From: Botryllus schlosseri
Taxonomy: Eukaryota
Assembly (NCBI GenBank): GCA_051294905.1
Contig: CM119381.1
Coordinates: forward strand, 18,476,001-18,540,000
Direction: 5' to 3'
Length of the DNA: 64,000 nucleotides
Part shown: positions 53,381-64,000 of the stretch, piece by piece
Numbering within the stretch: position 1 is the first letter of the stretch
How the letters are laid out: every line of letters begins with the position of its first letter
Position numbers and translations under genes: made by a program
The notes under the pieces: model-generated
Seen by the model: the letters and a program-made list of their open reading frames with translations, nothing else
Databases searched by the model: none
Told to the model about the DNA's origin: nothing

Positions 53381-56300
53381 ATGATGTCTTCTATTAACGA
53401 TATACCTGATGAAATAGTGCTCAACATCTTTTCATTCTTACCAATTAACGATATAAAAAGGTAAGTGCTTGTTTTTGTACAGGCCTAGGACTGATAGCGT
53501 AGTAACCTTGATCATCTATTTTTCAGTTTATTGTTCGTGGACTCGAGATTTTGCAGTCTTGCAAGTGACGAATTTATATGGGAGCGTTTATGTCGTAATC
53601 ATTGTTTCGTTGAGGAGTAAGGCCCCCTTTGTGGCATGATATGATGATCAACTTACTACTCTTTGTAATTTAGAAAAACATCAAAATCCTGGAAGGAAAC
53701 TTACAACAACTATTATAGTCAGTATGGTACATACCTTCATACAGAAAATGAACTTCTTCGTACATGGAGCAGGCTTATGAAAATTGTGAAGACCAAGTTA
53801 CCAATCATCTATGACAGTCTCCTAGGTACTGTTTCTTCTTCGAAGGTTATGGCTGCTATTTCAAATCTTAAATCAAGAATTGGAACCGTAGGCAGGAATT
53901 GATGAATGGATATTGGACATTACCACTCACGAATTGAAACCATGCTTTTTTGCATAAAGGAGGCTCCAGCTGCTCAAGACTCCTTAACTTACATATGTAT
54001 AATGGTATAATGATACTGAGAGTGCACTACAACCTTGAATGTAGTGACAAACCCAGTAATTCATTTTAATCAGAGGTGATCAAAGTTGCCATTGTTCATA
54101 GTCAAGTAGAAGTAATACTGTAAAGTAGAATTAAAAGTAGTCATGTTCAACACATGTGGAAGCTACTCCAAGTAGAAGTAGACAATGAAACTCAGAAATG
54201 TATTCGAGTAAGTAGCTTCAAGAAGTCAATTTGGTCAAGTCACTGCATACTTTCAGCAGCCGATGTAAAGTGGTCACTTTGAACGTGATGAACGTAAAAT
54301 AAGTAATGCTAATACAAATCTTCGAAAATGCATGTAATTACCATCATACAGGGGCTATTTTGTCCAGTCGTTGTGAAAATTTCACTTGTAACTGTGATCG
54401 CAACAGATCTCAAAACTACTTTGTGCTTTACAAAATCCAAATTTTAAAAAGTTGTGGTGGGGCCTTGAAACTGTTGAGTAGAAGTGGAAGTAATCAAAAA
54501 ACACGACCACTTGAGGAAGTAATGCAAGTAGGCAATACCAATTCAAAATAAGTAGAAGTACTTCATTACTGACCACCTCTAATTTTAATCTAACTGTGAG
54601 AAAGGATATGCCACTTGAATACAATGCGGAAATAGTGCTACATTCTTGTCCATGACTTTTGTTCATGTACCACAGATGGAATAGATGAGGAAACCCTTTA
54701 CGTAATGAAAAAAGCGTGGCAAGTCCGGTTCCCATCTTCACTGAAATTTCTGTATCAGCTGTGTGGAGGACAAGGCCCTATCTCCGATGCTATTTGTAGC
54801 AAACCAGGGTAGGGAAAGCAATACAGGGTGATCGATCAATTGATTCATGTTTTTCTTCAGACTATTCGGAAGTGTAAACAATCCATACATTCATGAGCGC
54901 GACAGCATTACCTCATTGCGTTTCCTTCCAATTTTACGTCAGAATTTGGAATATTCAGACCACTTTATGTATGTATATGTTCATAAGATTAGATTTCGCA
55001 TTTGACAATTGTTCTTCCCTAGAAATGACACAAAGTGCATCAAGTATCTGCCTATAGCAAAGGATTACGCGCATCAGATTTTTGTTGCATTACCGAAAAC
55101 AACCAAGCACCTCTGGACTTCTGATAATTGTTCTCCTCCACCTTATACCATTGTATGGACGAATTTGATGCAGGTAGCCTCTAAGACTATGCAAACAGAA
55201 TGAATGTAGTCAGTGTTTGTACAGTAGAATTGAGAGTAACTTACTACTCAATTTTCAAAAACTAGGTTTACCGAAGGGGTTCATTAGTTTTAGCAGTTAA
55301 TAGGTGATTGGGGCGCAACTTTACGAACAACGCAAAACGAATCCACCACAAATGATGTGATTTTTCGCCCGTCCATGAAACAGTTTTGTGATGATTTCAC
55401 TCATGAAAGTGATATAAAGATATTGCTAAACTACTTTTTTCTCTACAAAATCAGTACTATAGCCCCCCAAAAAACAGTCTATTAGAAGTGGAACTTGCCA
55501 AAAACTAAACCAATTGGGTAAGTAGACTTAAACAGAACCACTTGGTATGTAGTGAAATTAGGTAAAACCCTCTTTGAGTCGGCCTATTCCGATAAAATAG
55601 AAGTCTTCTTTACTGACCATATCTGTATGCAACATCGCTGGTGTATGCAGCAGATTAATCATACAATTTTATATTTGAGGATCGCATCTTCCATGTTGCC
55701 GACTCATTGCAAGATTGGCTCCGAGAATACACAGACAGACTGTCCAATGGTCAATATGTCATTGAAAATGGGCACGTTCTCCGGTAATTTAGGCATATTC
55801 GGCTATTGCTACGGTGAATTTAAAATGTCCCATTCCAGATATTTCTACCACCCAGATAGTGTATGCAGTACTGGATCAATAACTGTAAAGGCGGGATGGT
55901 ATACGGCTGCTATATATGAAGATAAAATGTTGTATCAATACAGGATTATGTAAGGCACAAGTAGGCTTGTACCGAGCTGACATTTATTTCAATGGCGACG
56001 CCTTTCGACTCAGTTTAGAAATGAAGGAAGACGCCGACCCTGGTGATGCATGTCAATTGATGTCGAGACATTGGGATATCGATCAGTATGTTGGAAATAC
56101 AACTGTCCGTGAAGTTGTGGACGGCGAGGGTGTAGTGGGGCAGCGTCCAGTTATGAAACCAGGTTTTTCAAAGAACGGGCAATGCGTGGCTTTGATATTG
56201 AATGATGTGCATCTATTTACAGGGGTTACTTTCTCGTGGGTGAGTCGGACGTTTTTTCAGAAACCTGGCGGTAGCATGAGTGGTTATTTCACGATGCGCA

Positions 56301-56395
56301 ACCTGTCAACACATGTCCTGAGCCGGGTTGTCTGTCCGAGGTTTACAATGCCTTTTCCAAAAGAATACCTTGATTCGTCCGAGGTTGAATCGTAG
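53381..56395 (+). CDS. FBXO3: F-box only protein 3 (F-box + SMI1/KNR4 + ApaG), 10 exons
   Basis: Phase-consistent exons 53381-53460, 53527-53616, 53674-53825, 54676-54808, 54861-54968, 55023-55173, 55680-55783, 55839-55949, 56014-56162, 56223-56395. F-box INDIPDEIVLNIFSFLP...SDEFIWERLC; SMI1/KNR4 DGIDEETL..VRFPSSLKFLYQLCGGQ; ApaG YRIILEM..ACQLMSRHWDI..VDGEGVVGQRPVMKPG..GSMSGYFTM..CPRFTM. Confidence 0.92.
54071..54581. mobile_element. hAT MITE (agtagaagta-rich) in FBXO3 intron 3
   Basis: cagaggtg / cacctcta ends; perfect TSD attttaat. Confidence 0.82.
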
Positions 56396-57555
56396 CGTAA
56401 TGGACTGCCTGGTCGCTTGTCACTGCCGATTTTGTACCTTTTTCCATATCCTCAATAATAGTGCATTAATATCAATTGAAATGGATGGTATTCATGGCTA
56501 GGAATTTTCAATACTACTGTGTTCTTACAAAGTTATTCATGTGCACATTTTGCAGTATTTTTTCGGTGCGGATTACAAATGTGGTGAATCCATATTAACA
56601 ATTTACGCTTTATTGCGAAAGACCAACCATGGACTGTGATGACAGCTTTAGTTGACAAAGAATTACTCTGATACCGTTGCTTCAACATCCAAACGTATGT
56701 TTTGGTATCATGGTCAGCACTGATAAATTCTACTCATGAACTTTAACAAAAATTCTGCTTTTTTGAAATTGCAATTCTATGAACATGCTGAAAAGTTGTA
56801 ACAATGCAGGAGATGATGTGGTGATACCGTTCTTTTCATATTGAATAATAATTATGCATTTCACTGTTATGAGTAATTTTAAGGTACATTTTTCTGAGGC
56901 AGAATCTTGAGAAGCATGTACTAAATTGTACCAGAGCCTGTCATACAAGTCCGGTATAGGACTGTCATTCCTCCTACCCAATGAAATATTGGTCATCCCA
57001 AACTTCCTTACTTCAACCAACCAATCAGGATGCAATTGCGCATACATCACCCGAACTACGATATGCATGGGTGGATTGTAAGCTCATCAGGCTACTACAA
57101 CTTCCATGATTCTGTCATTACAATAGGCCTACTTGCTCGCATTTGAAGAGAAATTACTTTTATAACTTTGTCCAACTATCACGCGATTTTGAGATTTATA
57201 CGGGAGTATAGTTTGAAAATTCTACCTACCTCTATATAGCACGATCAGCTGTTCTGCACTAATTCACTTGGACAAAATACATTGGAATGATATTGCAGTT
57301 GACTTCACTGCTCGATGGCATCCTGTCATGCATTGTTGCGAGAGGATTTTATGACCACATCTTCTACAATAAGCTACCGCATATGCAGCTATTATATTAA
57401 CAGAAGGGTGCTAACTTCACACTGTTGATTGAACGGCTGATAAGAACACTTGAAGAATTTGAGGTGCAGCAGTCGATAGGCCTGGCGTTGAAATGTGCAT
57501 GTCGCAGGTCGAAAGTGAAATATTGCTACGCTGTAAGCATATCTTACAAAAAGTC

Positions 57556-57561
57556 TTTATT
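57556..57561 (-). promoter_or_regulatory. Candidate polyadenylation signal of CAAP1 (end of the three-gene unit)
   Basis: AATAAA on the minus strand about 63 nt after the CAAP1 stop; I saw no such signal at the BORCS7-LYRM or LYRM-CAAP1 junctions. Confidence 0.55.
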
Positions 57562-57623
57562 ACATAATTCGTGACAGAAGATCTTGATTACATTCATCAG
57601 GCCAATGAAAAAAGATGATTTAA

Positions 57624-60176
57624 TCAAGGTTTTGTTGGCATAGGCTTCAGTGAACAGGCTTTGGCCGCCTTCATCAATGATCTTATAGCTCGTGCTCTAA
57701 GTTCCAACTCCAGTATTTCCAGTTGGGTTTTGCCGGCGTATTCTTCAGACTTGTCGTCACCACTATAAGTATCCTCGTCGTGGACGTCCTCGTTTTCAAC
57801 GTCAGCGATTACTTCGAATGCCTCTTCAATCTCTTCTACTTCCTCCACGAGAACTTCATCTATTTCTGGTGCCGTGTCTTTTACTGCTGGATTCTGGAAT
57901 CAATAGTGTGTTTGAATCACGTCAATGACAGACTTCAAGTTGACTTTCTAACAAAACGATCATGAAAGAGGAGAATAGAACTGTGACAACTGATCTAGAA
58001 ATTCGACAGTTTGGAGTTGCTTCTGGTCACTCAAACGATGGGCAAGGTTACTGTTACTTGCGCCGAAACATGACGTAGGTATTTCAAAGATTTGTCTAAA
58101 CTGGTTTACATGTCATAATATCGTTGTACCATCCACACACTGATGTTAGGTTTTGACTGATACCGAACCTTGCACTAATCAGAAGATGTCCCTGAATGAG
58201 GTGTAACTGGTGATGCGTTTAGCTGTGCTATTGGTTTTCGATTTAGCTAAGCTTAAGTGCGGTAATAAAGGGGATTAAAGCAACAAAATCGCTAAATTAT
58301 ATATGTGCTATGTGCCACCATTGCACATGATTATTGCACTGTGTGTAGGCCGAATTCCATATTCGAGAAGTGTCTCAACAGCCATTACACATTCCGTGCT
58401 AGCAAACAATGCGTTGGCATTGCAAACATTCTAGTGGTAGCAATATTTTTTGATATGAAGGGGGCACGAAATTTTTCACTATCATCAAGGTCAAGGGAAG
58501 TTTGAGAACCACTGGTATAACGTGTATTCAAGCTAGTTTTAATAAATTGATTTGGTCAACGCATTGTTTTAGCAGTTAGTCGGAGGTGGCTACTTTTGTA
58601 ATTTCAAGCGCATACACACAATGGCTAATGAAGCTAAAAATAGAATAATATAATGACATCGGACAGCGAAAATATTCGGTTTCATTTCAAGATGAATGTA
58701 GCCTATTAGCAACGTTCCCTCTAAGCTGCGCAATTGCGCAGTGCTGACACGGTCTCAGCGCACAGAAAATCTAAGCTGCGCACAAAAAATCCGAAGTGTT
58801 GTCCTTTTTTTAGTCGTTGCGCACTTTTGTTCAATGGATGCGTAGTAAGTTGGTGAGTGCGCGCAGACTCGCCAAAAATTAGAGGGAACATTGCCTATTA
58901 GCCTGCACATTGTATATTGAAGTTCTGTACCGCCAAGTGTCTCTTCAGAAACTAAAAATAAGTACAATTTCGAAAAATGTCTTCCGTTATAGTGGTTAGG
59001 CTATTTCGCCAGGTATTTTCGCAAACATTTCCCAAAACTGCTTTCTACGATACAAAATCTCAAGTTTGGAACGCGAGTAGTTTTTCTAATAAACTGTTCA
59101 GATGTCAAAGTCCACTAAAATAAAATGACACGACTAAACAGCCAAAACCTCAAGTAGGCTACTCCAAAATAGAAATCGTTCGCTAGTGACGCCATATGTT
59201 GATACCTCATTAGTACAGACTTTTTTCAAATACCATCAAGTGAAATACTTACCATTTTACTAAATGGACTGCGATGCACTGTTTCCTCATCACTACTTGA
59301 GATAGAATGAAGTTCCCCATCTTCGGCCTCATAATTCCCATATTCGGTGTCTTTAGCAATACTAGATGTTTCCGCATTAGTTTTGACAGACAGGGAGGTC
59401 GAAACATTGTCTATTTCACTGTGAATTGGTTGATGTGTATCATTTTCATGTACATTGCATTGAGCAGTATTTATAGCGGAGGGAAATAGCATTGATGGAC
59501 CAGTCGCATCACTAGTGGTTGAATCTACGAGATTGGTCTGTAACACATTATCTTGACGTCTGACATTCGGTTTCCGCTTTTTCCTAGACTTTCTTTCATC
59601 ATCCGACGAGTCCGTTCCAGAAGAAGAATCCATACTCATACCCGTCAAGACATGAAGAAGCCTTTTTGAAGACATAACAGTCAAATGCTCTCTACATAAT
59701 TGCTTGATTTGATCCAAAGGCATGGGTTTTAGCGTGTCAGGCAACATGGCAGTAAGCTTCGAGCCTTGGATGATTGAGAAAGCAGTTTCCAACAAGACAT
59801 CCCTGTCTTTAATCAAACTCGTCAGAGAAGACAGCGGCTTGGACAAGTCAAGATCGTCCGCGTCAAAATCTGAATCATCTTTCTGTTTTTTATGATCATG
59901 GCCGGAAGACTTTCCACTGTGACGTCTTTTAGAAGGTTTCCGACCTTCCTCCACTGTTCTCTTGGCTTTAGAGGACTGTGACGAAGATGCTTTTGTCCTT
60001 TCTTTGGGCCGAGTGGAATGCTTTTTGTGCACTCTCTCTTTTTTAGAACCATCATCAACCGATGACCTGCGCCGCTTGCTATTCTTTTTATCACTTATGT
60101 TTTTTTTCATTTCTTTGGTGAACTGCTCAAGACGGTCGGGGTTTACGGAAAGGACAGCGCGCTGGAACGCCGACAT
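57624..60176 (-). CDS. CAAP1: Caspase activity and apoptosis inhibitor 1 (CAAP1/C9orf82) homolog, 2 exons, ~397 aa
   Basis: Exon 1 60176-59253 (ATG|GTAAGT donor), exon 2 57893-57624 (ttccag acceptor, phase 0). The core LDLSKPLSSLTSLIKDRDVLLETAFSIIQGSKLTAMLPDTLKPMPLDQIKQLCREHL and the C-terminal QLEILELELRARAIRSLMKA match the recalled human ..LDLTVSLKP..KKLQKMLPDVLK..IKKLCQEQL and QLELLELEMRARAIKALMKA. Confidence 0.92.
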
Positions 60177-60179
60177 GAG

Positions 60180-60395
60180 TCACAGAAGCTTGCCGTGCTT
60201 GTCTTCTAAGAAGTGAAATCCTTTGTCGAGTTGCCTTTGCCTTTCTTTCGGCGACTCAACCTTCATATAATGACGGAATTCCTTCCGAATGTAATTGAAA
60301 TAATATTCCTTTTCGGTGTATTTTAAATCAGTGAGACCCTTTGATAGAAGCTGTTTGTATAAACTCAGTACAGCACGTTTACTCCACTTAACCAT
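60180..60395 (-). CDS. MIURF: LYR-motif mitochondrial microprotein, AltMIEF1/AltMiD51 (MIURF) ortholog, 71 aa
   Basis: MVKWSKRAVLSLYKQLLSKGLTDLKYTEKEYYFNYIRKEFRHYMKVESPKERQRQLDKGFHFLEDKHGKLL aligns end to end with the recalled human [70 protein letters not shown]. LYR-like LYK plus downstream F; good Kozak context (gcaATGg). Confidence 0.9.
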   Translation of the reverse strand: MVKWSKRAVLSLYKQLLSKGLTDLKYTEKEYYFNYIRKEFRHYMKVESPKERQRQLDKGFHFLEDKHGKLL

Positions 60396-60421
60396 TGCTC
60401 GAAACAAAGAGTAATGGGAGA

Positions 60422-61967
60422 TCACTGACTACAAGATCGATGATCGCGGTTTGCGATCAAGTGGTTCAAGCTTAGAAGCTGTTCGTGAACGTTGCCGGTG
60501 GTTTCAAGGCTTTTTTGTATTGCTTCTTGTTGATATGAGAGGTGTACTGCTAGTGCCGAAAGCTTGTGAAACGTATTTTCAGTGCTGGAGATGCTTTGGT
60601 CCGTGGAAGCAAAAGCCTTGGAAGCTTGAGATAAGAGTTCGGACGTTTTACTTCCCTGAAATTTAGTATAGCTTACAAGTCATGAATGGATATCAACTTT
60701 CCAGACCCATAAAAATATTCAAGCATAACATGTACAGTAGGGCTGTTAAAAAAAACTTTTTACCCCAAATCTTGCTCGCTACGTGATTAAATCGTCAGGC
60801 TGCCTGAAAAAAACGATGCACACTAAATTTAACTCTATTTCAACCAGTAGATGTCGAGTTCTTTCAGATTGATATTTCGGTCATTTTTTAAATAATAGTA
60901 TTTACGGTGACAAATTTAGTCATTCTGACATGACCAAAAATCTTGTTACAGGTATGCCTGAAGAGGCAGGGATGTCTTTTCCACTCGTTTCTATCTTGAC
61001 AAGGGCCTATTGTGGAGTTTGGATGGAGACATCTCCAGTTAACGAAAATTGAAACAACACAGATCAGCTGCTGGAAATTAGTCCACTTCATCCAAATAGT
61101 CACATTAAAAGGATGGTGTGATAATGATCTAGGGACTAGTGATATTTTTAGCGACTTTTGAAAAGTATTTAGCGATATTCTAGCAATTTTTTTCAAAAAT
61201 ATCCGAAATCAGTCGATTTTGAGCAGCGAACATCATGCACATTCACAATATCATATGTGCGCCACAACCGCCGATCTGCATTCAGGCCACGTTCACGTGC
61301 ATGGATATGAACGTCTTTTCCAGTGGTTCCAAGCGTGGGCGATATCACCAGTGATCCAGTGAAATATATTTATAATTAACACGGTCAAAAAATGCAAGTG
61401 AAGATGGCCTGTAAGGCTATAATGCATACGATGCGAAAAAGGGTCCACTTAACGGAAACTAGACGCGGAAATCAATTTTCCGAGCACCTTACCACCTCGG
61501 AAAATGGCCTTTCATAGTATATTCACCAGCCATCAGAGTTAGGTAAATAAATTTCCCGATTACGCGATTATATGTCCTCTTTTTCGGATCCATAAATATG
61601 CCCCCCCCCCCCCGGGCGAAAATGTGTGGCGAGATTGATAAGGGGGCGATGAGTCGAAACAGGTTGGGAACCACTGATATAGACAAAGCTAAAGTGAAGG
61701 GCAGACAGCTTGACTTGACCTATGTCAAAACACACATGAGATGAGGAGACGCGTTATGTTACGGTATATTTTGACTATGGGTCGTCAGTGAGATTATTAT
61801 AACCGAACGAATGCACTCGCAGTTATAAAATCAATTTTTCAACTTACCTTTGACACTTGCTTGAACAAAGCCGATACGTCAGCCAAGTTTGTCTGTAATT
61901 GGTTAGCGAATTGAACGTTCGGGATTCCAGAAACGTGTGCAGATTGACCTCCAACAGCGATGTTCAT
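60422..61967 (-). CDS. BORCS7: BLOC-1-related complex subunit 7 (BORCS7/C10orf32) homolog, 2 exons, ~117 aa (absent from the ORF track)
   Basis: Exon 1 61967-61848 (MNIAVGG...LADVSALFKQVSK|gtaagt), exon 2 60655-60422 (tttcag|GSKTSELLSQASKAFASTDQSISSTENTFHKLSALAVHLSYQQEAIQKSLETTGNVHEQL...*). Matches the recalled human TDVIALTKQVLKGSRSSELLGQAARNMVLQEDAILHSEDSLRKMAIITTHLQYQQEAIQKNVEQSSDLQDQL. The exact start codon is somewhat uncertain. Confidence 0.9.
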
Positions 61968-62836
61968 CACCAATTCATCAACACTAACCAATATCTTACG
62001 CCAACAAAGAGTAGAGACAAGGACAATAAAATGCCAAAACTACAAGGACAGTCAAGAAACAGCAAAGCTGCGAACGCAACGCAATGCAAAATGCAATGCA
62101 CCAACTGCAAACTGGAGGCGGAGGCTCGTCAATGTAAGCATGTACCACATGTATTAGCTGTATCAGTATTTGTGGTGGTCCCACAAAACACAGCCATTCC
62201 TCTTCGGTTTCTATAAACATTTAACCCAATATCATAAATTAAAAATTAAAAAATCCGATACTTTCAATTTCTAACCGCCCCACTTTTTACACAGACTTGG
62301 TTATAAATTTCATGAGCAAAGCACGATTGTGAGCCTCAAATTTCGAACACTGAATGCATCAACTACATAATAGTATATGTTATGTATGTTAGGTACAGTG
62401 CCGACTGCCGAGACAGTGACAACTCTGGTGCAGAAAGCTCAAGAGAAACCTTCGACTATTAATAGGTAGGCTACTCATCACGCAGAGAGGGTGGGCGAAG
62501 GCTGCTGCACTGATTCATATCGTGATTGTCACGCTGCATTGGTATCGGATTAATATCGTTACACCATGATATTCCATTCATAAATGGCTACAGCCACTGA
62601 GCTATATAAACACAGCACCAAAACTATGAGGTCGCGCCATGTTTGCATTTTGTGCTTATCATAAAGTTAATGTCATCGACAATGGAATTCTCGTCCTCGT
62701 AGTAGGTCTTAGGTCAAGGAAGAAACTTGCATTTTGTGGCGTTATGTTCGCTACTTGAAGTTTTGATTTGTTCTTATGCCTCAGAGACTGTGAAGCGGAC
62801 CAAAAACCGCGGGCTCAAAATAACCCATATGCGCAC

Positions 62837-63499
62837 TAGGGCTCTTCAAAAATGACTTTTTTTCTCAAATCGTACTGGCTACTTGATAAAATCGTTAGGT
62901 TACCTAATTTAAGCCTACACACTAAATTTGGTTCAATTCCAGCCAGTAACCGCTTTGCTACAGGAGAAGTAAGTTTCTATTTATTATATAAAAATAAATA
63001 ATAAAAAATTTGAAAATTTTCTGTTCACCCCTCGAAAGTGTTAGGCTGTCTATAGAAACGATGCTCACCAAATTTGGTTCAATTCCAACCAGTGGAAGCG
63101 GAGTTATTGCCATCGAAAAATTTGGATTTGAATAAAATAGTATTTACGGTGAGCACAACTATAATAAATAAACAAAGAATCGGTCACCGTAAATACTATT
63201 TTATTCAAATCCAAATTTTTCGACGGCAATAACTCCGCTTCCACTGGTTGGAATTGAACCAAATTTGGTGAGCATCGTTTCTATAGACAGCCTAACACTT
63301 TCATGGTGCGACCAGAAAATTTTCAAATTTTTTATTATTTATTTTTATATAATAAATAGAAACTTTATTCTCCTGTAGCAAAGCGGTTACTGGCTGGAAT
63401 TGAACCAAATTTTGTATGTAGGCCTAAATTAGGTAACCTAACAATTTTATCAAGTAGCCAGTACGATTTGAGAAAAAAAGTCATTTTTGAAGAGCCCTA
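62837..63499. mobile_element. hAT-type foldback MITE with ~310-bp near-perfect TIRs
   Basis: tagggctcttcaaaaatgac... / ...gtcatttttgaagagcccta; TSD atgcgcac / atgcgtac; spacer of about 30 bp near 63155-63185. Confidence 0.88.
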
Positions 63500-64000
63500 A
63501 TGCGTACATTATTAGAAGGCTCCAGAATAGTGTGGTTTCACCATAATGGATAGGACGTTGTTCGCATTATCGGCATATCTGCATGCCATAGTAACATATG
63601 ACAAATAGGTGAGAGATTCTTGACCGGGAGATGGCAGCTTTGCACAATCCGTTACCGGCGCCTGCGCGACGACTTATCAGATCGTAGCATTGAAATGTAA
63701 ATGTCGCCGAAGGACAGCTCCTTCGTTCATAACGCGTACCAGCGTTACGCGTACGCGAGTGATTGATCAGTTTTTATGGATTGATTCAGTCAGGTTTCAA
63801 CGATGTTGAATTCTATACCAAACAATTGGGCATCCCAGCGTTGTATTTTAGTGATCGCGAATGATGATCGGTTGTAAATTACCAGAACTGCCTTCAAGCG
63901 TATCACAATCGCAAGTGCGGAAGTGTGTCAGGTTTTCTGAACTGTTGCAAGCAGCTAATCACATGTTTCGTTGCTATTGCCGTACGATAAATGCATCAGA

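Noticed and set aside
53826-54050. FBXO3 exon from read-through of 53826 or from 53960-54000
   Set aside because: Exon 54676-54808 gives the proper SMI1/KNR4 alignment and matching phases.
60140-60385. Shared RAVLS pentapeptide at the N-termini of LYRM and CAAP1 as a duplication trace
   Set aside because: The codons differ at most positions and the flanks do not align; probably chance.

Overview
Eukaryotic (animal) genomic DNA with many ~55-70 nt GT-AG introns and a dense load of non-autonomous DNA transposons with 8-bp TSDs. An invertebrate chordate such as an ascidian is my best guess (inference only). All gene models were assembled by eye, checking splice phase at each junction; no database search was run, and homology calls rest on recalled reference sequences. 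Seven protein-coding genes are supported: SIK1/2-like kinase (+, 19 exons, 6366-20817); a divergent CENP-C that the ORF track misses (-, at least 19 exons, ~41430-21427, start exon not fixed); an intronless aldo-keto reductase (+); FBXO3 (+, 10 exons); and a very compact minus-strand trio BORCS7 -> AltMIEF1/MIURF-like LYRM microprotein -> CAAP1, separated by only 26 nt and 3 nt, with LYRM and CAAP1 in the same frame across a UGA-C stop. This apparent tricistronic unit is the top finding. Also notable: a CENP-C motif lacking the canonical YW, a cluster of full CRE palindromes confined to the SIK locus, and a nested transposon stack (CACTA/EnSpm host carrying a decayed P-element with a THAP remnant, a Tx1/L1 LINE 3' end and a telomere-like inverted array). 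Most short ORFs in the supplied track are spurious.
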